NCBI RefSeq assembly: GCF_009914755.1
Contig: NC_060945.1
Direction: 5' to 3' (one strand)
Origin: the human T2T-CHM13v2.0 reference genome, Homo sapiens
Length of the DNA: 64,000 bases
Under the pieces are notes generated by a model. The model saw nothing but the letters and a program-made list of their open reading frames with translations. It made no database searches and was not told the origin of the DNA. This document shows positions 1 to 13,195 of this stretch, piece after piece. Positions within the stretch are counted from its first letter, which is position 1. Every line of letters starts with the position of its first letter. The translations under genes were made by a program, and so were the position numbers.

Positions 1-1515
1 TTCCTGAAATCATGCTGTCAGCACGGTAGAGCACTTGGAAACCCTGGCACCAATACATGGTGAAATCTTGCTGAAAATAGGAGGTCTCTCTTTTTCTTTT
101 TTCCCAACTGAGATGGGGTCTTGCTGTGTTGCCCAGGCTGGTCTCGAACTCCTGGCCTCAAGTGATCCTCCCACCTCAGCTTCTCAAAGTATTGGGATCA
201 TGGGTGTGAGTCACTGCACCTGACTAAAAATATGAGTTCTTTTAATGGGCAATGGGAGCAGGAGACTTAGGAATAAACCAGGTTCAACCTAAGTTTTCAT
301 ATCAATACCTCATTATGGACTGCATCCTGCCTGCCTCTTTAGAGCTGTTTCTCTAGGGTGCTACTGTCCCCAAGCCCCACATTCATACAAAACTGTGATG
401 TGTTGTTAGTGGATGAGCCTCTGGATGGTGGGAGGCCAAGAGTGAGAGGTCCTGCCCCATGAGGGGACCCTCTGCCACTCTTTCTTGTGGGGGTCCTGCT
501 CCACAGAAGAGTCTGGGAGCCATTCCTAGCAAAGAAACACCCAGGAGGACATTTCATAAAACGTCCCCTTCTAGTCCTGCTGTCAAACATTGCTGTGGAC
601 ACTTAGACTCTGGCCAGATGTATTTTCTTCAGTAAGGGCTTGTGCGTGTTCCTAGGTGGCACTGAAGTGGGGGGTGGTCTTCCATTTTGGTTATTAGTCA
701 CTTGTCACATTTTTTTAATTTACTTATTCAGATGTAGGAAACAGTTTCAGCTTAATAAAACTGGCATGCATAAAAGAAGAAAGCACAAATTCTTCCAGTT
801 GTAAACATTATTATCTTTATCTTAGCTGTGCTAAAATGTGAACTTGTTGAAGTTCCAGCAAGAAAGTCTTTGTCTTTGTGCAGTCGTGTGTGCGGGAGGT
901 ATGCTTCGGGGTTGCATAAGTACTTCCATGATCCTGCATTCTTGCCATTCTTTTAGATTTGGGTAGTCACAACAGACTATACTATTTGCGTTATTTCCTG
1001 TTAAATCTTTTAAATAGAATATTAACAAAAATTTAAAGATTCTGAGTATGTTGTTGCTGCAGTGGTTGTTATATTCTGCTCATGTGCTTGTTTTCCTGGA
1101 GCTATGTGGAAACCACATACTTTGGTTGGGGCACACCTGTGGTGGGTGGGCTGAAGTGGGAGGGATGCGTCTCTGGATGTGCTGGTGCCCCGTCACTGCT
1201 CAGCACCCTCCTGCTTTTCTGCATTCATGATTTCCTGGTGTTCCCTGACTTGCTACTATGTTACATTAACGAATTGTCTTATCTAGGTTTAGTATCAACT
1301 TTTAATTTTTAGTAATAATAACAGTTTAATAATATAACTTAAAAATTCCAAATTTCTGAAATCTTTAATATTTGTAGCTACTTATACTTTTTGTGACTTT
1401 CTTTTCTTTTGTATTTACAAACATTACATCTTGGAGTGAGATACACACACCCATCATTAGTTCATGCCTCTGCTGGTAGCAGCTTTGAATAAGAATGATT
1501 TAAAAACACATTACA

Positions 1516-1939
<424 letters not shown>

Positions 1940-2676
1940 TCATTATTATTAGACTGTGTGCTAATATAATTGTAGATATTTTTAAATCTTGGACTTTTAA
2001 AATTAAGCAACCTTAGAGCTGATCCAGTTCTAGTGTTGTTGTTTTGCAGAGGGGGGCATTAAAAAAAGAAAGAAGTTGTCACAGTGACAAACCAGAGTAG
2101 AATCTGAGTCTAAAAGTAATGCTTTTGTTTCCCTGATATTGTGAACATGGCTACTCAGCTATCCAGATAGACAAGTCTGGCTTTTAATAGATGAGCAATG
2201 TGTGACTCTAGCAAGAGGTCAACTACTTTATCATTCATGTTACTGAAAAAAGAAGACAGAAACGAGGCCTTAAGCATGGTTGGTATTGCTGCTTTTGCGT
2301 TAGGTTGGGGTAATGCATGAATCTGGACGGGTTCTGGTTTAATAGGCGCTTTCACGGGACAGATGTTGTTTTTCTTTCCGTTTCTTTCCATTTCAGCTCT
2401 TTTTGTAGCAAAGTGGCCCAGTCAGTGGCATAGGGTGGTGGGTGCAGCAGAACGCATGTCTGGTTTGCTATCTTTGTCCTCTAGTCACTGCAGGAGGAAA
2501 AGCTGGCCTAGGGATTTGAGTCTCCTTGCACTTTCTCACATTTAAAGGCAACAGCTCATAGCATAAGAATGGGAACTGAAGACAGCAGCCTTTAATCTTA
2601 ATGTATTTTGAGATTGCTATCATACTCATTTGATATGAAACAATGTCCAGCCTGCCTTGCCAACCTGTGACTGTTG

Positions 2677-3028
<352 letters not shown>

Positions 3029-3741
3029 TTATCACAGGCGTGAGTGCCTGGTCTGACAGAGTCGCCAGCGTCTGTCGGGGATTTCATCACTGCTGGTGCC
3101 TACGTGCTGTGCTGGCCACATGTCTAGGACCACTGGAGGACTTACGCCTCCAGTCATCTAAGAAACAGCTCATCATTGGGAATGGTTTTTGAAAAGATGC
3201 AGCTCTTGCCTTAGATCGTGCTTTGTGGTGAAACAAGAGGAGGTGGCAGTCCCATTCTCTGATGGCTCAGACACGTTGCCACCCAGAGGCTCGGCCCCGT
3301 TGGTGATCTGGTGACGTCCAGACGAGTGCAGACTGCCCGATCGTCTCAGGCATGATGGCACTACAGAAAGTCTTGCTTCTTTAACATTTTTCTTCCTTAG
3401 GGAAAACAGTGTCAGATTCACAAATTCAACAGTATCATCTATGTCGTTATGAGTATCTAGTTCACAAACATGCCCTAAAGGAGTTGAGACAAAAAAAAAA
3501 TGCCATGGACGAGTTGGTGCTTATTTGCATGATTTTTAAAACAACAGGCTCTGTGTTTCTGGGCATTTAGAGAATTCAGAAGAGCTGTTGAGTCCTCTTA
3601 AGTAGTTACTATAGTGGAGAACTTGAGTCATTCTTTGTAGCGTGCTTCGTAGAGCAGCGTGTTTGTTAGAAGGATTTGTTAATCCTGTATAGCGTCTTTA
3701 CGAAAGCTGTTTTCATGGAAGCTTCTCTTTGTTGACTCCAG

Positions 3742-3914
3742 GTTCATCAATGCCAGAAGACGAATTCTTCAGCCAATGTTGGATTCAAGTTGTTCAGAGA
3801 CCCCCAAAACAAAGAAAAAAACTGCTCAGAACCGGCCAGTTCAGAGGTTTTGGCCTGATTCTATTGCATCAGGAGTCGCACAGCCACCGCCGAGCGAGCT
3901 CACCATGTCGGAAG
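3742..3914 (+). CDS. PKNOX1: PKNOX1 penultimate coding exon (end of homeodomain helix 3 onward)
   Basis: Acceptor ttgactccag|G and donor GAAG|gtacag. Reads (W)FINARRRILQPMLDSSCSETPKTKKKTAQNRPVQRFWPDSIASG...; WFINARRR is the TALE homeodomain recognition helix. Upstream exons lie outside the window. Confidence 0.96.
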
Positions 3915-4461
3915 GTACAGGTGGCCGGCCAAGGCCAGACATGGTGGACCATGGGGTGGGGATTATGAACAAGAGGCCTGGATCAGGCCTGTTAGCTGTG
4001 AGCCTCAGGTAATGTGGTGAACGAGAGTGCGTGGTTCTCTTTCTCTGCAACTAAAACATGAGGAAGCTGCATTCTGCGTGCACGGGAGCTCTCAGTAAGA
4101 GTTAGGAGCACCAGTAGTAGAGAATGTAAAACACGTGATAGAGATATGAAATCATTAATTCTGTCTCAAAGACACAGTCATGCCCATGGATCTTCTCCTT
4201 TGCTTCTGTGTTTGCTCTCCTTTTCCCTCCGACGCCGGGTGTGGAGGAGGGACTTACCCCGTTCTCACCACGTGGCTTCTTTCTCTTCATCCCCCATGCC
4301 CTTCTCTTGTTTTTGCTTATTCCCTGTGGCCTCTGCTCTCCATCCCCTGACGTAGGCAGCCATTCTGATGTGTTTTATAGGCATCTTTCTGTTCGCATGA
4401 GGTCTTCATATTTTGGATGGTTTTGTGTGCATGTGTTTTTATTTTTTTTTATTTGTTTGCT

Positions 4462-4768
4462 TTGTTTTTTTTTTTTTTTTTTGAGACAGAGTCTCACTCT
4501 GTTGCCCAGGCTGGAGTGCAATGGCGCAATCTCGGCTCACTGAAACCTCTGCCTACCAGGTTCCCGCCATTCTCCTGCCTCAGCCTCCCGAGTAGCTGGG
4601 AGTAGCTACAGGTGCCTGCCACCACGCCCGGCTAATTTTTTGTATTTTTAGTAGAGACGGGGTTTCACCGTGTTCACCAGGATGGTCTTGATCTCCTGAC
4701 CTCGTTATCCGCCTGCCTCAGCCTCCCAAAGTGCTGGGATTACAGGCATGAGCTACCGCGCCCGGCCC
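4462..4768 (-). mobile_element. Alu (AluY-like) in PKNOX1 last intron
   Basis: poly-T followed by the reverse-complement Alu body. Confidence 0.92.
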
Positions 4769-4926
4769 AGAAACAGTTTCTTAAATCCCTGTTGAACATT
4801 CCCTAAACATATATAGGTGTTTTATTTTAACTTTAGGTCAAACAAGCAAACAGCACCCAATTGAGTAATAAAGTGTTTTTCTGTGAGTACTAATTTAAAT
4901 AATGACACACCTTCATCCTGCCGCAG

Positions 4927-5138
4927 GAGCTGTTGTCACCATCACCACGCCCGTGAACATGAACGTGGACAGCCTTCAGTCTCTGTCCTCGGACGGGGCC
5001 ACCCTGGCGGTGCAGCAGGTCATGATGGCAGGGCAGAGCGAGGACGAGTCTGTGGACAGCACAGAGGAGGATGCGGGTGCCCTGGCCCCTGCCCACATCA
5101 GCGGGCTGGTCTTGGAGAACAGTGACTCCCTGCAGTAG
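4927..5138 (+). CDS. PKNOX1: PKNOX1 last coding exon
   Basis: Acceptor cctgccgcag|GA, phase compatible with the previous exon. Reads GAVVTITTPVNMNVDSLQ...GLVLENSDSLQ-TAG, the PREP1 C-terminus. Confidence 0.96.
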
Positions 5139-5297
5139 GGGCAGGAGCAGACGCACCTGACTTTTTGGAGTTTGCACAGCAAACATTTTACACAGTTTTA
5201 TTTCTAATATGTTTTATATGTAGATATAGAAGAGTGCACTTTTGTATTTCATAGTAAGCTTAAAGCGCGTCTTTGCCGGTGCAGCGACTTCTTTCAA

Positions 5298-5334
5298 GTG
5301 TGTGTGTGTGTGTGTGCGTGTGTGCGTGTGTGTG
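5298..5334 (+). repeat. (TG)n microsatellite in PKNOX1 3'UTR
   Basis: gtgtgtgt...gcgtgtgtgcgtgtgtgtg seen directly. Confidence 0.9.
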
Positions 5335-6831
5335 GATTTTTAAAGAAATTCTTTAAAGGTTTAACGCTAGATTGTGAGGAATGACACACCACTCCCTCCC
5401 CACCTTGAATCCCTAATTAGATTAAGGAATAGCGCTGCCATTTTCTAAACCGTGATGCGGTTGTCACTTAGTTCTGTGGTTCCAGCAGATCTCAGTGGGC
5501 TGGTTGATTTGTGTGGCCCATGGATTTGAAAGAAGCTGCTGCACCCGAAACTGCCAGTGTGCGGTGACAACGGCACACGCCTAGACTGAGTGTGGTTTCG
5601 TCGTGAGTGGATGGACGGCAAGCTTAGCAAGCCTAAGTCCCCTCATGTTCAGTGAGCCTGTTTCATTTGCTATATAGAAAAAGAAACTCCTATTTTTACC
5701 TTGCTGGAATTATTGGATAAAAAAGCTATTTTTATAAATTCGTTATGAATTGGATGATGACTATATTGAGGATAAAATTTCTAGAGAAGAAACAATACAT
5801 GCTTGCTATTAATATTTCAATTTGGAATGTTCTGAATTGACCAAATTTAACGAACCTGCCCAAAGTTAGCTACCGTTCCATGGTTCTTTGCTCTCCCCGG
5901 GTAGTGATGAACATTTACTACTATAAAAGAAACAGCTATTTAATGAAATTTTGATATCTGCAAATTTTTGTTGATATGTAATGCTCAGATTGCATTTTAC
6001 ACTTGATCTAAACATATATCGAAAGATATCTGCTAAACAGGACTTCAGGTAAGTGAGGTGAAATGGTAGCCAGTGACCCGTTAGGAGCTCTCACCGTACA
6101 TACTCCAGTCTAATTTAAATCTGACCACAGTTGCATGGTCGCTTTACCATGTTAGCTGTGTATTGTTTTAAAAGTTTTAACTTCAAAATATGTTATGCAC
6201 AGAATGTTTATTATAAACTAATATAAAATGTGCTCTACCCCATTGGCTCAGAGCTAGGGCAAACAGCAGATATTCAGACTTTATTACTTAACTAGCGGAC
6301 ATCCCTGGAGTCCCAGCAGCGAGTTGGTCTGGCGAGGGCACCTCGGCAGCCCCCACGGGTTGGCTCCTACGTTTGCGTTTGTGGCTGGTCTCCTGGTGTC
6401 AGTGTTCTCTTGTACGTTGTTGCTTTCGACTTTTCAGAGCCCTCCTGCTCACTTGACCACGTGAGATTTGGAATAACTGTAGGACTTCTGTTTCCTGGTA
6501 ACAAGATGAACCGAGAGAGTGGGCTGGGTTCTGTTTTCTTTGGTTTTGATTTGTTTTCATTGTTTACTTAGGAGTGGTGCTTTTTCTCAGAAAACAGGCC
6601 ACGGTGTTTCATACAGAATGTCTTCATATCATCTGAAATGGTATGGCTGAAGTTCATTTGTTTACAGGGTCGGGAATGTCTTCAGTTCTTGAGAGTCAAC
6701 AGTAATGATTGGTTGTAAGCCAAGGGACATTTTAAGCTAGTGAAGAGTTTTTTCTGGAATTGATTTTTCCCAAAAGAATATATTAATTAAGGTTAAGAAG
6801 TCAGTGGGAAACACACAGAAATTTATTTTAA

Positions 6832-7183
<352 letters not shown>

Positions 7184-7338
7184 GAGAATGACATCTTAAA
7201 GCCACCATTGCGTTCCTCATTTGTGAACTGTCTTCTCATATTTTAAGTCAAGTCTATAAGATCATTTTTAACCTAAGTTCCAACTTTGTTGGACTCCTTA
7301 AAATAAGCACCCATGAAAGCCAGCCAGCCCTTCCTCCT

Positions 7339-7388
7339 TCCCTCACCACCCTCCGTCTCTTCGTCCCTCACCACCCTCCGTCTCTTCG
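7339..7388 (+). repeat. Perfect 25-bp tandem duplication
   Basis: tccctcaccaccctccgtctcttcg x2. Confidence 0.95.
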
Positions 7389-7519
7389 GCTGCCTGCTCT
7401 TTAGTGTAGATTAGTGGAAGCCATTCACAGAATGTAGACTCATGTATAGGTCACCGTTTCTTTCCCCCACTAGAAATCACATTCACTAAGCAGTGGATTG
7501 AATTTAAGAGTGCTGCCCC

Positions 7520-7683
7520 TGCCCGGCGCAGTAGGGCGTGCCTCTAGTTCCAGCTACTCGGGAGTCTGAGGCAGAGGATGGCATGTGCCAGGAGTTTGAG
7601 GCTGCAGTGCACTATGCTTGCACCTGTGAATAGCCACTGCACTCCATCTTGGGCAACACAGTGAGACCCCCATCTATAAAAAG
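7520..7683 (+). mobile_element. Fossil Alu monomer (FAM-like, 7SL-derived)
   Basis: Monomer that retains the 7SL-like segment cctgtgaatagccactgcactcc. Confidence 0.75.
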
Positions 7684-8608
7684 AGAGCACTGCCTGAACC
7701 TTGGTGGCACTGGGAAGCTCTGGCCTGAGAGTTAAACACCCATGCTGAATGGTACAGTGTGCATTCTCTCCAGCTGAAAACTTTCTTCAACTTTCCTAAA
7801 TTCTTACTAAATTCAGAGGAATAGGATAAAGATCACTTAGAGAAAGGGTGCTTATGGACATAGCCTGAGTTTCCTTTAACCTCTCTCCAATGGGTGCTTT
7901 TAACTAGCTTCTACATGGCAAGCTGTTTCAGTTTGCAAAATCACTGCCCAGCATGTTTGAGGTCAGTTGGCACCTTAAAACACCTGTTCTCCAGCCCTTG
8001 GACAGTGGAGAGAATCTGTAAAAGTGTGACCCCCTCTAAGATTTCGTTTTAAATGATCAGATTCGGTTCCAGTTTTATTCTTGTTGAGTTTTTCCCTATG
8101 AAGGCTCCTTTTGAATGTGTCTTGAGACCCAAATTGAGCATGTTGCTGTTATTCCTGCCCTGCACCTGTGGAGCAGGAGTGGCAGGGCTGGCTGTGCTGG
8201 GTTCCAGCTCGCTCCTGCCGAGGGACTAGCTTGGCCTTTGCGCTTTGATTCCAGATAGTAAGATGAGTGGAAGTGTTTATCGAGCATGCAAAAGAAACCC
8301 TCACGGCTAACGGCTCTGGGAGTTGTGTCTGTGTGACCTGAGAGTGATCCATCTCCTGCCTGTGTGAGGTAGCAGTGGGCACTTTTCATTGAGACAAACT
8401 CCAGGGTGTCCAGAGGGGGTTCTGCCCCTTGTGAAGGCCCATTCCTGGCACTTAGAGACAGAAAGAACTCAGCAATCTTTCGTTCTAGTTATATTCGGTC
8501 TTTGAAACTGACAATCTTTGAAATGTGAATACTGTAACAATATGTTTTCTTGGATTGTTGTCTTTAAAAAGGATTTTTGTGAAGCAATTGATTTATCAAA
8601 GCAAAAAA

Positions 8609-8614
8609 ATTAAA
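8609..8614 (+). terminator. Candidate PKNOX1 polyadenylation signal ATTAAA
   Basis: Hexamer with upstream TGTA and a downstream T/GT-rich tract. Confidence 0.55.
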
Positions 8615-9579
8615 AATAGAAACTTGCTTTATGGATGTTTTATTTTATAAAGCTCATGTCACCAAAAGCTGCTTCTCCATTTTATGTAAAACATTGAGAA
8701 TGTTTTCATGTTTTCTGGTGACATGTAGGGTCTGTAGTCACCCCTGCATATTGAGAAACTAGGACCACACTGCATCGGACTAGTCAGGTCCATTTACATG
8801 TCCAAGAATCTTTTCTTAAATTCCTTACTTTGTTCATTCATTGGCTGTTCAGGCAGAAAATGGAAACAGGTAGCTTTTATGTTTTTTATTATAGTTTTCC
8901 ACAAATCTAATTATTTTGATAGTTACAAGAAGATAATGATTCATCAGTAAGCTAACATAATCCCTTTCATAGTTCATATTATAAATTTTCATGACAAGAA
9001 AGTTCCTGAAGATTTAAAAGGTACATTAAAACAATTTCAGAGGGTTTTTAATCTTTGTTGTCCAGAGTGTTATAACTCCCAACAACTGTTCATGCTTAGA
9101 GGCTAAAGTCAGCAGACTTAGTATTTTAAAAACCACATGCAAAATTATGAGTCTTGTTGGTAATTAGTAGTGACAGCTGACTGTATTGTTTCAAGCAATG
9201 TTTTCATTGGTTACAGAAAACTGAGGCACTGTGTTGTATCTCCAGCTCCCTTAGTTCAGAGGTGAGAGGACGGGCATGAACTTTATTAATGTGGGGCCTC
9301 AGGCAGCCCCAGTCTCTCTAGGCTTCCAGGGCTACATTTATGAAAAGGAAGAACTGGCTTATAAGGTTTATTCTAGCCTTACAATGATGTTTATGACTAA
9401 TAAGATTCTATCTCTCCATCTAAAGACTGATGAGGAAGTGAGTAATGGTCTAGCAAATCCAGAAAATAAGAAATATTTGGATTAAATATTTAGTGTTTCA
9501 CAGTTTTTGAATTATATGAATGTCATAAACAATGTCTACTGTTTTTAGCTTTCATGCCATTCTATTATGTATACTCTCA

Positions 9580-9907
<328 letters not shown>

Positions 9908-10276
9908 TTATTTTTGCCCTTGTACAGTGGGATATTTTTACCTTCACTAAGACCTAGGATAGTTGTTTAACAATCATTGTTTATAAAATCTGCGAGACTA
10001 GTGACTATATAGCATCTAAGCACATGTGACTGAAAGCAGTGAATGCCCAGGGTGGCATCTGGGCCTGGGGCCAGCTTTCCCCAATCCCACGTCTTCACCA
10101 TGCAGCCCAGGTCGGGTCTGGCACCTGCAGGCTCCTCTCTGCCAGGCCTCCTCAGGTCTGGCTTTTGTAGTCTATAAAGGACTAGTTAGTGTTGCTTACT
10201 TGGATAATTTGTAAGTATTCTGTATAAAAATCGTATTTAGAAGGTATTATCTTATACAGATGTTTCCATTCTTTAT

Positions 10277-11629
10277 CTCCCACAGCAACCCACACTCTCA
10301 TGGCTTCTGCTGCGGGAAGCGCTCCTTCCTGGGATTCCCTGGCACAGTTCAGATGAGTATTTCTCCACCTTCACTGGCTGCTCTCCTCTAGCTCCACAGT
10401 CTCTACAACCCAGGTCTACACTAACACACAAGACAATGTAAACTGTTAAGGGCTTCACAACTTATTTCTGACATGGATTGCTGTGTTAAGATAATATGAA
10501 AGAAAACTCAGTGAATATAAAGTAAAATATTTTAAAATATAACTGATTTTTCTACAGGCCATTTTCTAAAAATGTCTAAGCAACTAAGGACTTCAACCCT
10601 GTAAAAAGCAAGAATGGTTTTAATATAAATCAGGAATTCTAGACCGGGCATGGTGGCTCACACCTTTAGTCCCAGCACTTTGGGAGGCCGAGGCAGGCAG
10701 ATCACCTGAGGTCAGGAGTTTGAGACCAGCCTGGCCATCACGGAGAAACCTGGTCTCTACTAAAAATAAAAAAATTAGTCGGGCATGGTGGTGGGTGCCT
10801 GAAATCCCAGCTATTCGGGAAGCTCAGGCAGGAGAATCGCTTGAACCCAGGAGGCGGAGATTATAGTGAGCCGAGACCACGCCACTTCACTGCAGTCTGG
10901 GCGACAGAGCAAGGCTCTGTCCCAAAATAAATAAATAAATAAATAAATAAGGAATTCTTTTATTCCAGCATCTTTCAAAAGAAACATTTTAGGCTGGGCG
11001 CAGTGGCTCACACCTGTAATCCCAGCACTTTGGGAGGCCGAGGCCAGTAGATCACAAGGTCAGGAGTTCCAGACCAGCCTGGCCAGTATGGTGAAACCCC
11101 GTCTCTACTAAAAATATAAAAAATTAGCCGGGCATGGTGGTGCATGCCTGTAGTCCCGGCTACCCGGGAGGCTGAGGCAGGAGAATTCCACGAACCCGTG
11201 AGACCGAAGTTGTGGTGAGCCAAGTTCACACCACTGCACTCCAGCCTGGGCGACAGAGCGAGACTCCGTCTCAAAAAAAAAAAAAAAAAGAAAGAAAAGA
11301 GACATTTTAATGACAGCTTTAGTTGCTTAGACATTTTTAGAAAATGGCCTGTAGAAAAATCAGTTATATTTTAAAATATTTTACTTTATATTCACTGAGT
11401 TTTCTTTCATATTATCTTAACACAGCAATCCATGTCAGAAATAAGTTGTGAAACCCTTAACAGTTTACATTGTCTTGTGTGTTAGTGTAGACCTGGGTCA
11501 TAGAGACCGTGGAGCTAGAGGAGAGCAGCCAGCGAAGGTGGAGAAATACTCATCTGAACTGTGCCAGGGAATCCCAGGAAGGAGCGCTTCCCGCAGCAGA
11601 AGCCGTGAGAGTGTGGGTTGCTGTGGGAG
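10277..11629. repeat. 311-bp inverted repeat (arms 10277-10587 and 11319-11629) around two Alus
   Basis: Arms are reverse complements with about 6 mismatches. Near-identical ORF translations on opposite strands (10273..10458 - and 11448..11675 +) reflect this. Confidence 0.96.
10642..11299 (+). mobile_element. Two tandem Alus (10642-10950, 10992-11299) in the inverted-repeat spacer
   Basis: Each has a TSD (aggaattct; aaaaga[a/g]acatttta). Confidence 0.92.
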
Positions 11630-12261
11630 GGTAGATGGCAGGAGGACATGGGGCTGGGCAGCCGGGAGGGACTGATGGCCTGGGAGACAGCAGTGAAGAG
11701 GAGAGGGGAGAGCAGAGGCAGGCGCCATGGGTTCTGGGCATGGCCGTGAGCCACTGGAAGATGATACGGGAGCTTATCTTTGTTCCCTTGGGGAAGAAGC
11801 CCTTATTTTGAGACCTCGAAGGCATAAATCCTAAGGCAAAATATGGGTGATTTGGCCAGATCAAAATTCAGTTTTTCTGTGCATTGGAGGACACAGAGGA
11901 CCATTAACAGGTAGTGACTGAGAGGAGCACTTTCCTCGTTCCTTCTTTTTAATGGATAAAGCCGGCAAGGAGCCAGTGTTAGGGGGATTCCTGCAACTCA
12001 GCAGGTAACCAACTAGAAGTCTCTAGAACCATGACAGCGGATATTAATAGTTCATTGAAAGGAGACCAGATGACCAAGCAGCACGTGAAGACTGCACGGC
12101 CTCGCCACGCCCAGGGAGTGTGAGCTGGAGCCCGGGGGCGTGCCGCCCCGTCTGCCGGCCGCAATGAGGAAGCTGGGATTGGGGATCTGCAGAAACGGGA
12201 ACTTGCGTGGTGCTGGCGGGAATATCACGGGGCCAGCCATTCTGGAATGAACCTGACAGGA

Positions 12262-13061
12262 CAGTCATGTGTCACTTAACAATGGGCTGTGCTCTGAGAA
12301 ATGCCTCTGTAGGGGACTCCATCCCGTAGGAACATCACAGCGCACTCACACAGCTCACTGTACACCCAGCCTGTGCGGCTTAGCCCATTGCTCCCAGCCA
12401 TGGGCCTGTGCGGCACGTGACCCTGCTGACTACCCTGGGCAATCGTAACATAATGTAAGGATTTGTGTGTCTAAACAGCTAAATTGGCCGGGTACTGTGG
12501 CTCACGCGTGTAATCCCAGCACTCTGGGATGCTGGGGCAGGCAGATCACTTACGCTGAGGAGCTCAAGAGCGGCCTGGGCAATAGAGTAAGACTTCATCT
12601 CTACAAAAAAATGTAAAAATTAGCCAAGCATGGTGGCTCATGCCTGTAGCCCCAGCTACTCAGAGGCTGAGGTGGGAAGATGTCTTGGACTCAGGAGGGA
12701 AAGGTTTCAGTGAGCTGTGATTACACCACTGCATGCCAGCCTGGGCGACAGAGCCAGACCCCGTCTGAAAAAAAAATGCTAAACAAAGGTACAGTAAAAA
12801 TACAGTCTAAAGTGTTAAAAATAGCACCGGGCACTTACCAGGAGCTGCTCGGATGCCTCAGGGAGTGAGGGCGAGTGAGCATGGAAGCCTAGGATGTTAC
12901 CGTATGTACTTACGTGCACTGGCAGCACCACAAACACGGGAGATACACTGTGCTACATGTTATGAGGACAGGGACTTCTCAGCTCCTGTTGTAACCTCAC
13001 GGGACCTCCTTGGTCTGCTCAGTCCGTTGTTGGCTGAAACATCGTGGGTAGCACAGACCTG
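12262..13061 (+). mobile_element. Tigger3/MER7-like (Tc1/mariner) DNA transposon remnant interrupted by an AluJ-like element (~12486-12777)
   Basis: Start cagtcatgtgtcacttaac...ctgagaaatgc and internal aaaggtacagtaaaaatacag resemble the Tigger3 consensus as recalled. Confidence 0.7.
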
Positions 13062-13071
13062 TGCAGAGACG

Positions 13072-13195
13072 CTCACTGCAGCCTCGCCTGTGGCGGCAGG
13101 GGTTACAGAAGAAGCGTGGACACCTGCATGGAGGGGAACACACTCACTGCAGCCTCGCCTGTGGCGGCAGGGGTTACAGAAGCGGCGTGGACACC
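13072..13195 (+). repeat. 71-bp period tandem duplication (~1.7 copies)
   Basis: ctcactgcagcctcgcctgtggcggcaggggttacagaag at 13072 and 13143. Confidence 0.9.

Noticed and set aside
10273-11675. Two near-identical ORFs (MKPLTVYIVLCVSVDLG...) on opposite strands as duplicated microprotein genes
   Set aside because: They start at GTG, lack promoter or splice support, and simply mirror the inverted repeat.
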